34,819 nucleotides of DNA, taken from positions 91,301,033-91,335,851 of the forward strand of contig NC_068981.1 in the NCBI RefSeq assembly GCF_001194135.2, written 5' to 3'. Each line of letters opens with the position of its first letter. Within the stretch, counting starts at the first letter, position 1. Origin of the DNA: Octopus bimaculoides. Its lineage: Eukaryota. The notes under the pieces are model-generated. The model did not search any database and was not told the origin of the DNA. It worked only from the letters and a program-made list of their open reading frames with translations. Made by a program: the position numbers and the translations under genes. Below are positions 24,891-34,819 of the stretch, one piece after another.

Positions 24891-24892
24891 AA

Positions 24893-25510
24893 ACAAAAAT
24901 GGTAAAATACTTTCACGAGAGTGAAGAGATGAGCAGATGTCCACTCGTGATTTTCTGTTGGCTTCTGTCAAATCATTGGGAACCTACTTTTCTAGTTTGG
25001 GCCCCTTTCCAAGCTGTAGAAGATGGCAATGAAAAGTTGAATGGCTTGAATTGAGCTTGCTTGCCAATTCAACTGACACAACATTGTCCTTCTCAAGCTC
25101 TGACATAAGAAGCTCATCATCAAATTCAACAGGGTGTCCTATTTGTGGCCTCTCTCTTAGGCTGAAACCACTAGTTTTGAACTTTGCAAACCTTCTTCTG
25201 CAACTTCTTTCGTACAAGCACTCTCCCCCATAAACAGAATGAATATTTCGGGTTGCTTCTACTGTACCGTTTCCCTTTTTGAACTCATAAAGTATATGTG
25301 CCTTCAATGCGCCTTCGCTACGTTCGTCTTTGAGGGGATAATATTCGTAATTAATTCAGTTATATTCTGCAAAAAGAAATTATATTAAGTTAAAGGTTTC
25401 CAAATTCATATGAGTATCAATCAATACTATCTGACACTTTAGAATACTGTAAAATTTGATAGAAATTACATAGATTACATATTTCGGACATTATTTATGG
25501 GATGACCTGA
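24893..25510 (-). mobile_element. Mariner transposon 5' half with TIR
   Basis: HILYEFKKG...EATRNI...RRRFAKFK.SGFSL...GHPVEFDDELL...ELASKLNSSHST...LGKGPKLEK*VPNDLTE (WVPHEL-like)...PFL. The end reads TA|TCAGGTCATCCCATAAATAATG on the minus strand, with TA at 25511-25512. Confidence 0.92.
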
Positions 25511-25518
25511 TAGATGCA

Positions 25519-25598
25519 TGCATACATACACGCATACATACATACATACATACATACATACATACATACATACATACATACATACATACATACATACA
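25519..25598. repeat. (CATA)n
   Basis: Directly visible. Confidence 0.97.
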
Positions 25599-26647
25599 TT
25601 CGAATACAGATAGGCAAACACACACGAGCGTATAAACTTGCACTTAATGTTCTATACAATTTATGATAAGCGGGAATTATACATAAAATATATGGACGTG
25701 TTGTACCAGATCATTAACTTGAAGTTATAACATTCACTCCGACAGCAATTTGCTGCAGTTTTGATGCCATATTTCAATAAAGAACCATGCTATTCGAACA
25801 ATATTGTGTAAATATGAACTTGCAGAAATTCTTCAGTGTTTATGAATTGCTCTCAAATGGCCATGTTTCTTGATTTTTTTCTCCTTTACTGTTAACAGCG
25901 CTGGAGGACGTGTAAAAAATGATAGACGTTGCTTTGTGCCTTTGATAAACCATAAATAAAAATTAAAGGTGATATAAAATTTTGTTGCCTTATTATGCTG
26001 GAATAATATGTGTAGCAAACGAAGTTCTACTTAATATTCATATAGTTAATTTTCACATAAAAAATCATTGACATAAAATGCAACTAAAGCAGAGAATAGA
26101 ATGAAAACTCTGAGGCTTTGCATCAAATTCTGATTTACATTTTAATGCAAAGACAACAAAAATGAAGAAAAGTCACAAGGTTTTTCCTTTATCGGTGATT
26201 TTCCGCCCTCAACAACGTTTGTGCATACTTAATGGTAATAAACGAAGTTCATCTATTTCGCTTTTAATCTTTTTCTTGATCATCCACGTTCGTTTCAATT
26301 TTAAATTTTCTTCTACAACTGAAATGAAATCTGTCACTGATTTCTATGTCAAATCTAATAATATTGGGTGCATGTACTAACTGTTACAACATGTGTCAAA
26401 ATATTAAGGAAACTTCTTTTCAACGTTATTGAATTTTGTCTTTGACCTTACAGGGAACCGATTCACCCTTACTGAACAACCAGTTTACGTAGCGGTGGAC
26501 CGCTGCACATGATGGTAAAAGTTTGTTTCAGAATTGAACAATTCACGAAGGTTTGGTTCTATGTTGCAAAAGTACACTGCAAATTCAAGTGAAGTCTGAG
26601 TAAAAATTAATAGACAGGCCTAAAGTTGCGCCATGGAATTTATGCAT

Positions 26648-26651
26648 AGAC

Positions 26652-26704
<53 letters not shown>

Positions 26705-26833
26705 CATACATACATACATACATATATACATATAAACATATATACATGCATATATACATAATACATACATACATACATTCATACATACATGCATACATAC
26801 ATACATTCATACATACATACGTATATACATACA

Positions 26834-26869
<36 letters not shown>

Positions 26870-26878
26870 TATATATAT
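26648..26878. repeat. Compound (GATA)n/(CATA)n/(TA)n
   Basis: Directly visible. Confidence 0.97.
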
Positions 26879-26988
26879 GGCGATAACTATTAATTTCCAG
26901 TACCGCTGCCGTAGTCTCCTTTAGAGAGACTTAGAAATATTAATAACTCTATTTCTGAAAACCAGTGGATAGATTCCACTGAAATTAG
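26878..26988 (-). mobile_element. Unclassified young repeat end; 26878-26951 is the exact reverse complement of 34557-34630; runs into gap (N 26989-27918)
   Basis: 74/74 identity checked by hand; hairpin cagtgga-tagat-tccactg at 26963-26981. Confidence 0.7.
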
Positions 26989-27922
26989 NNNNNNNNNNNN
27001 NNNNNNNNNNNNNNNNNNNNNNNNNNNNNNNNNNNNNNNNNNNNNNNNNNNNNNNNNNNNNNNNNNNNNNNNNNNNNNNNNNNNNNNNNNNNNNNNNNNN
27101 NNNNNNNNNNNNNNNNNNNNNNNNNNNNNNNNNNNNNNNNNNNNNNNNNNNNNNNNNNNNNNNNNNNNNNNNNNNNNNNNNNNNNNNNNNNNNNNNNNNN
27201 NNNNNNNNNNNNNNNNNNNNNNNNNNNNNNNNNNNNNNNNNNNNNNNNNNNNNNNNNNNNNNNNNNNNNNNNNNNNNNNNNNNNNNNNNNNNNNNNNNNN
27301 NNNNNNNNNNNNNNNNNNNNNNNNNNNNNNNNNNNNNNNNNNNNNNNNNNNNNNNNNNNNNNNNNNNNNNNNNNNNNNNNNNNNNNNNNNNNNNNNNNNN
27401 NNNNNNNNNNNNNNNNNNNNNNNNNNNNNNNNNNNNNNNNNNNNNNNNNNNNNNNNNNNNNNNNNNNNNNNNNNNNNNNNNNNNNNNNNNNNNNNNNNNN
27501 NNNNNNNNNNNNNNNNNNNNNNNNNNNNNNNNNNNNNNNNNNNNNNNNNNNNNNNNNNNNNNNNNNNNNNNNNNNNNNNNNNNNNNNNNNNNNNNNNNNN
27601 NNNNNNNNNNNNNNNNNNNNNNNNNNNNNNNNNNNNNNNNNNNNNNNNNNNNNNNNNNNNNNNNNNNNNNNNNNNNNNNNNNNNNNNNNNNNNNNNNNNN
27701 NNNNNNNNNNNNNNNNNNNNNNNNNNNNNNNNNNNNNNNNNNNNNNNNNNNNNNNNNNNNNNNNNNNNNNNNNNNNNNNNNNNNNNNNNNNNNNNNNNNN
27801 NNNNNNNNNNNNNNNNNNNNNNNNNNNNNNNNNNNNNNNNNNNNNNNNNNNNNNNNNNNNNNNNNNNNNNNNNNNNNNNNNNNNNNNNNNNNNNNNNNNN
27901 NNNNNNNNNNNNNNNNNNTATA

Positions 27923-27956
<34 letters not shown>

Positions 27957-28191
27957 TAGATTTAATCAGAAGATTAAATGTGGTACTTAAAATGTTTGAG
28001 GCACCAGAATTTGGTAGGGTAAAAACCAAAAACAAAATCAAGAGATTTGGTGAATAAAATTTGAAGAAAAGCAACAAACATTCAATTGGTTATAGCAGTA
28101 CGTACGTTTCGTACAAGCTTCATTTATCCATGTAGTGAGAACACTACATAAAATGTACAATGAAAATGCATAATGGAATTATGTGCCACCA

Positions 28192-28264
28192 CGCATACAT
28201 ACATACATACATACATACATACATACATACATACATTGCATACATACATACATACATACATATA
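28192..28264. repeat. (CATA)n
   Basis: Directly visible. Confidence 0.96.
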
Positions 28265-28806
28265 CCCCCTGTATATTTGTATATAATGATGTCAATAAAT
28301 TTCAGATATACGTAATAACTTTCAAATTATGAATTCTGTATATATAGAATGAGTACGATATTATTACCAAATGTAAATACAGATCACAAGCACTCCGAAA
28401 TATTATTTATGTCTGGTATTCAATACAATTATAAAGAACTTTTACATAAAGGAATAAATAATACCCAGCTACTTATATAGAACAGCATCTTTAGCCGATA
28501 CCAAATTTCATAATGGCGATTAATAACTCGCATTTGCGGTTGAATTTATGTGATATATATTTTATTTCTTTTTCAGACTCAATAGTATTTGATGAATTTT
28601 ATAATACAATGTTTTCATTATTTCATAGGTCGTGCATTAGGTAGACAGCAACTGCGAAGGAACCCCATGAAATACATACATACACGCACATCCCATACTA
28701 CCTTAGCAATAGCCATAGAAGAGCGCAACTGAAGCGTATGCACTCCTACTTTTTAGTCTAGTAATATCTTAGCCCATTTGGCTAGCATTGTTTTAAAGAC
28801 AAACAA

Positions 28807-29023
28807 AAGGTGGTGAGCTGGCAGAATCGTTAGCACGCCGGGTAAAATGCTTAGCAGCATTTAGTCTGTCTTTATATTTTGAGTTGAAATTCTACCGAGG
28901 TCGACTTTACTTTACATCCTTTCAAAGTCGATAAAATAAGTACAAGTTCAGCACTAGGGGCCACGTAATCAATTTACCCACCTTCTACGAACTTGCTGGC
29001 TCTGTGCCAAAATTGAAACCAAT
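28807..29023 (+). mobile_element. SINE family B, full length
   Basis: aaggtggtgagctggcagaatcgttagcacgccggg...gaggtcgactttac...gtcgataaaataagtac...gtgccaaaattgaaa. Confidence 0.92.
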
Positions 29024-29189
29024 GTAATTATTTGTAAACAAAGGTCACCGATCAGTACCGGCTTCAACAATGCGCATGAAAATCATGTGGTAGTGCAAAC
29101 AAGAAAAAAAAATATCAATTGAAATATATTTCTTGTCCTAGAATTGCAGTATGCGTGCAACATTATAATGTATCTCGAAAATTATTTAT

Positions 29190-29496
29190 TCCAGGGCGTG
29201 TCATTACTTCTCCACATCAAGTGGTCACAGTCCCGGTACGTCGAACATATGACTAGAATGTCGCAGGAAAGAATTGGAATACAGTTACTTAAAGCCGAGC
29301 CAACCGGCAGGAGGTCTAGTGATGACCAAGAAGGAAATGGATGGGTAATATCAATAGTCTCATTTGATCACAGTTGAGAAACCAGCTGTAAAGTATAATG
29401 ATTGTTATTTTTGATCGGACCATATGAAGTAGGTACCTGATGACTCTAACTCCACGACCCACCCAGAATGAGTGTGGAGAGAAGATGGATAGATGG
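29190..29496 (+). mobile_element. RTE-clade LINE 3' end
   Basis: LLLHIKWSQSRYVEHMTRMSQER...EPTGRR, frameshift to RPRRKWMGNI (RW.GHV.RM / GRPR.RW pattern), then ccacgaccc...gaagatggatagatgg, a (GATG)n-type tail. Confidence 0.75.
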
Positions 29497-29767
29497 TTTG
29501 CTTATTAAAAGTTACCTGGTTTCCATTAGTGATACATTCAACAGCAGATCACATTTTATTTTGTAAATTGGGAGAGACATAACGCCATGGAAATCAAATA
29601 TGGGTAGGTATATATAAAAAAAAGATCGGTATGTCGAGATCATGAAATTGTTTCGATTCTCAGTAAAAACATAATGGTTTATTTGCATTATTTTAATAAA
29701 CCAACCGATAACACTTGACAGTCTTTGGAAGGGTAGAATCTTATCAGGTACAAAGAGAAAAAATAAT

Positions 29768-30220
29768 CTTTTTTATCTTTCCTTTTCTTTTTTACCTGTT
29801 TCAGTCATTGAACTGCCACCATACTCGAACAGCGGCTTCAGTGGATTTAGTCAAACAAATTAACCCCGATACATATGTTTCTTTAGGCTGGTATTTACTC
29901 TACCGGTTCTTTTGCCGAACCGCTAATTTACATGGACATAAAAAAACCCAAAACTGGTTGTCAAGCGTGAGAAGCTGACATACACAAACATCCAGAAATA
30001 ACCACGCACACTCACACAGGCACACTCACATATATGAATATATATATATATATATATATATATAACGGGCTTCTGAACAGTTTCCGTGATAAGATTCACT
30101 CATAAGGCACTAGTCGACCCAGGGTGATTGTAGAAGTCACTTGCCGACGATACCACGCAGTGTCACGGAATCAAGTACCACGTGGTTGCAAAGCGACCTT
30201 GTTAAGCACGTAGCGTGCCT
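29768..30220 (-). mobile_element. SINE family A (older, diverged copy)
   Basis: cctgtttcagtcattg...cttttgccgaaccgcta...ggttgtcaagcg, internal CA/TA repeat, gtagaagtcacttgcc...ccacgcagtg...cacgtggttgc. Confidence 0.85.
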
Positions 30221-30805
30221 GCGTTTGTAATAACGACACAAAAACCGAAATTCTACTTTGTGTTCCGAATATATGAGAAAATTTGCGGGAAAAATTTCAA
30301 GAAGCATGAAAATAAGTGGTACCAAGCATGCTTCACCCAGATATGTGACATTAAGTAGAGTATATCAACTGAGTAACTACAAAACTTGAACGGCCATGCC
30401 AATCCTATTAAAAGACCAGAAACGCTACGAAAGTGAAATGTGCTTCGTTGGTTCGAAAAGTAAATATTCAAGACTAACATAAGTTGCAATAAATTCTCGT
30501 AGGTTGCAAAAAATTATGGATCTCGCATTATTTTGATATTAAGCACATACTATGTTATTATATAAAGGTAACACGTCGGTAATTTCCCAGGCAAATTAAT
30601 TTTCTTCTTATCTTATCGGTTAACTGTACAGAGATTTGATTGTTAACGCTTGAACAAATAACGGTGAGTTATTCCACGCATTTATTAATAAAGATAATAT
30701 TAATAAATTCACAGAAATTTTTTTTTTTTTACTGATCGTAATATATTGTCGATTTTAATGTTAGAATGTTTAATTATGTTTTAAAATATATATCTCTCTG
30801 ATCCC

Positions 30806-30806
<1 letters not shown>

Positions 30807-30865
<59 letters not shown>

Positions 30866-30890
30866 GTGTGTGTGTGTGCTTGCGCGTGCA
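30807..30890. repeat. (TA)n plus (GT)n
   Basis: Directly visible. Confidence 0.96.
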
Positions 30891-31497
30891 TGCACATACA
30901 TGTATGGATGTATGAACATATACATATATGTATGTACGTATGGGTAAGCATAGTTACTTAAACTATATCGTAATGTATGCTTTAGCCTAAATTGTTTCAC
31001 TTATTTCATGTTTCAAATACAAGCTCATGTTTTTTGCGAAAAAATATCTTATCGGAATATTTCATTATTTAGTAAAAGCTACTTGATTTATCATTGCATA
31101 ATTACTATGAAGTAATAACATTCTTCTAATGCCAACTATAATTTAGAAAAACTTATCGGACTAGGCTAAGCTACCATCAAGATTATTATAGTTACTTCTA
31201 TATTTCACAGAGATACAAACGTTTGCAATGCGTTTATATATTTTGCTGAATAAACGCATCAAAAGCGCCGACGTTCCGAGATGTTTTCTCACAAACTCCA
31301 TAATTTCTACTGCAATTGCACCTCTCTTTGATGCTCGGGTTTATCTGTTCTCATTAGATTCTTACTCAGGGCCTTTTTTATTTTCAGATCTCTGCATATC
31401 GTTACCTAAAATGGCCCACATTTTTGGGCTGCGCTTTAAAAAGGCAACTCAGTCCCCTTGGGAGGCCATGTGTGTGAATTTCATCCTTGCTTATATT

Positions 31498-32144
31498 CTT
31501 TTCTACTCTTGGCACAACGCCCGAAATTTTGGGGGATGGTGCCAGTCGATTAGATCGACCTCAGTACGCAACTGGTACTTAATTTTCCGACCCCCAAAGG
31601 ATGAAAGGCAAAGTCGACTTCAGCGGAATTTGAACTCAGAACGTAAAAACATACGAAATACCACTAAGCGTTTCGCCCGGCGTGCAAACGTTTCTTCTTT
31701 CTTTACTGCCCACAACGGGTTACACACAGAGGGGTCAAACAAGGATAGACAAATGGATTAAGTCGATTATATCGACCGCAGTGCGTAACTGGTACTTATT
31801 TAATCGACCCCGAAAGGATGAAAGGCAATGTCGACCTTGACGGAATTTGAACTCAGAACGTAGCGGCAGACGAAATACCGCTAAGCATTTCGCCCGGTGT
31901 GCTAGCGTTTCTTATTTCTTTATTGCCCACAAGGCGCTAAGCATAGAGGGGACAAACAAGGACAGACAAACGGATTAAGTTGATTACATCGACCCCAGTG
32001 CATAACTGGTACTTAATTTATCGACCCCGAAAGGATGAAAGCAAAATCGACCTCGGCGGAATTTGAACTCAGAACTTAACGCCACACGAAATACCGCGAT
32101 GCATTTCGTCCGGCGTTCTAACGTTTCTGCCAGCTCGCCGCCTT
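31498..32144 (-). mobile_element. Head-to-tail trimer of SINE family B
   Basis: Units 31913-32128 (216 bp) and 31696-31912 (217 bp), terminal unit 31498-31695, complete head 32129-32144. Confidence 0.93.
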
Positions 32145-33545
32145 CATCCTTGCCGATATTTTTCCTGCAGCCGTCAACTTTCAGCTGGTTCAGAGTAATA
32201 TAACCTGCAGCGAGTGTAAATATTTCGGAGAGCCACAAAAATGCGACTGTCACGGCCGCATCTTCCTAACAAGACCATTGAAGAATACAGAACATAGCGG
32301 AACTTTGGAAATATTCTCATATATTTTATCAAGTAATTTATTACACTGTATACATAGCGGAATGTGGCGTTTATTGTAAGTCTGGCATGCCTCTGTGAAT
32401 ATAATGGGGTTGAATATGGTTACATGAGATTACTCTTGTTCAGTTTTGTTCATAGTAGGGAGAAAGGCTAGGATATAAAAGTGCTAGATTGATTGTTGTG
32501 ATTAAGATTAAGGTGCTTTTTAATATCGTAAGCTTCTTCAACCAAATATTGATGACCAAACATTGATAAAGAGTTGAAGATTTCACATGCATTATTTTCG
32601 AGTTGTTTGTTACTTACCAGTTTGAGAAACGCTGCTCTAGATGATACTTACTTTTCTTTCCATTGTTCGACTCCATAAAAGTTATGCAGTTGTATTATTA
32701 GTAAGGTCAGTTGTGATCAAACCGATCTTGGGTCAAAGTTGTTACATCTATACTCATCTGTCTTTATTGCAGATATATTCAAACAATGACAAAATTGTGC
32801 GATATGACTCTCCACATATATATAAAAAAACAGGTATGAGGGAATTTAAAAGAGTTTTCTCTGCTAATATTAGTCAACCAGGCGACCAAGCTGAATTACC
32901 CATTCTGACTTAGTGATTGCACACTGTATTATGGAAGAAGTTGATATTTTTGGGAATATGTCATAGCTTTATATCTACATTTTATACGATTACTTCATGG
33001 AAAATCCTGATACCGCAGACACATAATCGCTCAATGAACTACTACATGCAATCAACATATCTATTATTCCGATCTAATTCCTCCCTCTGAAATTCGGCAT
33101 TCCAGCCAGTTGTTAATCACTTGGGATGTTCTGTGATAACTGGGATTCTGTCAACCACTCAGCTTGTACCTAAATTTCTATTTTTTATCTGTTTTTATTA
33201 TTTTTTTTTTAGACACAGATCAATCCTGATCGAACGTATCTAAGCTGAAAGGTAACTCGCAGATGGATATCCACTATTCAGCCTTCAATTATTTTTATTT
33301 TTGTCAAAGAGTACACATTAATACATTGTCCAATATATACTTTCGTTAACAAGACAGTAGAAATAAGCTGTAATGGAGTATTATTCTGGGTGCACATTAC
33401 CGGACACCAAATTTTCGTTATCTTTGCTTTGCTGCATTGCAAGTGAATAAATGGGTTGTTTTGATGCTGATGATTTCTTCAAAAACATTAGAGAGGAATG
33501 TGAAATTAGTTCTGTTATGAAATAGTATCAGTTTCTTGTTTCTCA

Positions 33546-33573
33546 ATAAATAAATAAATAAATAAATAAATAA
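33546..33573. repeat. (AAAT)n
   Basis: Directly visible. Confidence 0.92.
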
Positions 33574-34524
33574 AGACGCGATCTCTACCGCACACGTAAT
33601 AGGTTGACACATATCACCCCGCTGATAATATGTAAGAAATTTAAAGTAATGAGTTTTATCTAAGAAAAAGTGAGCATCAAATACATAATACAAAGTTAAA
33701 TATATCAAGAAAACTTTTAATAACGAAAATGTTTTTATCATATTTTTATTCAAATTCATGTCCTCATAAGATTAAAAAAAAATAAAAGAAAATAAGATTT
33801 TATAGATCAAAGTAACAAAATCAATTTCCCTCTTTTCATTTCCAAGATGATTGATGTTTGATGGAGAATTTTCAATGAGAAATACACAGCAATACTTTGA
33901 AACACACCTTCCAGATAACTTGTTCATTTTTCCTGTGTGTCTATTCATCCAAATTATTTATGATATTGTTGAAATTTTTGTTGAAATATAATTGAGTAAA
34001 ACACTAATGCACAATTCGAACATGAGTTCAAGTTCTACCAAAATGTATCGAAGAATGTTTACAATTTCCATATTTTGGTGGCGTACACATTGTAATATCC
34101 TTCACAAATAACTTTCTTCTGTTGCATATCTTGCACCCTCACCTCGTCATTTGTCTGGAAATTGCAATAATTTTGCCTGTATTTTATTTTTATTTTTAGA
34201 GAGCGCGTAACATGTCACAAGGATTCGCTCTCGTTTAATGGTTTCCTCATATAATCCAATATTTAAAACTTAGTTACACAATCTTTTTTCATCCAGAAAT
34301 AGACTAGAATATAAATCATTTTAAAGCAAATGAAAGAAATATTCTAATGATGGCATCAGCCATTTCGAAGTGTTGTTTCTATCTTTTTTCTGTTAACTCA
34401 TGGCTCATATTCAAATCGTAAAATTGATATTATATACAGTACTTTTTGTTTAAAATATTTCTATCATTCGTATATTACAGCAGCTACAGCAATATTTTAC
34501 GTTGTAAGAGCTAGTCATCACACA

Positions 34525-34527
<3 letters not shown>

Positions 34528-34558
<31 letters not shown>
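34528..34558. repeat. (TA)n
   Basis: Directly visible. Confidence 0.97.
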
Positions 34559-34561
<3 letters not shown>

Positions 34562-34819
34562 TTATTAATATTTCTAAGTCTCTCTAAAGGAGACTACGGC
34601 AGCGGTACTGGAAATTAATAGTTATCGCCAAGCCAACATGGCAGTCCCAAAATTAGGACGAAAGCTGCCGTGAATTAGCTCCAAGAAGCCATCGCCTCTA
34701 GCTAGCTATGTGACACACGAACCTGTGTCCTTTATAACCTTCGAACAGGGGAGGTCAGCAGTGTCCCCCTGCTGGTTTGGCATCTGCAGACTAGACTAGT
34801 TTCAGGGTGTTGCCCCTTG
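34557..34819 (+). mobile_element. Unclassified hairpin-rich repeat element beginning at (TA)n and running off the window
   Basis: First 74 bp identical to the reverse complement of 26878-26951; the remainder is GC-richer with several perfect short stems. Confidence 0.6.

Noticed and set aside
26454-26514. Plus-strand exon with good acceptor
   Set aside because: Stops in all three frames and a weak donor.
31228-31761. 177 aa ORF
   Set aside because: Its C-terminal half is SINE B sequence read antisense; no homology recognised.
31498-32144. CRISPR-like regular repeat
   Set aside because: Units are ~216 bp SINE copies with homologous, not unique, spacers; the context is eukaryotic with no cas genes.
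33213-33251. 39 bp exon with strong acceptor and AAG|GTAACT donor
   Set aside because: Stops in all three frames; could only be non-coding and cannot be supported without RNA data.
10749-33475. Other CTGA(T/C)GA occurrences (10749, ~13289, ~15644, ~29437, ~33467) as hammerheads
   Set aside because: None has stem II plus GAAA plus helix III plus NUH in the right order; 10749 is the Tc1 SDD codons.
34595-34680. HDV-like ribozyme fold (P4, CGAA, P2)
   Set aside because: No P3/L3 motif, P1 or P1.1 could be placed on either strand.
26878-34819. Helitron ends for the 74 bp element
   Set aside because: No 5' TC or 3' CTRR with a subterminal GC-rich hairpin at the (TA)n junctions.

Overview
AT-rich, microsatellite- and transposon-dense animal genomic DNA with six assembly gaps. 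The SINE families and repeat landscape look like an octopus (coleoid cephalopod) draft assembly; this is my recognition, not a database result. I find no intact protein-coding gene, true tRNA/rRNA gene or CRISPR array, and most ORFs in the track are translations of microsatellites or N runs. Recognisable content: at least four tRNA-headed SINE types (about 14 copies or units, including a head-to-tail trimer), two Tc1 remnants (one with DD34E spacing), one mariner 5' half with a TIR, and CR1, RTE, L1/Tx1 (RT plus two ORF1-like pieces) and Penelope-like RT fragments. Best leads: (1) a ~550 bp palindrome whose right arm carries a decayed minimal type I hammerhead ribozyme motif of the kind known from Penelope-like elements; (2) an unclassified, hairpin-rich element with a 100% identical 74 bp segment present twice in inverted orientation, each copy abutting (TA)n; (3) a SINE trimer with reproducible junctions and a hairpin module shared between SINE families. 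None is shown to be novel without database searches.
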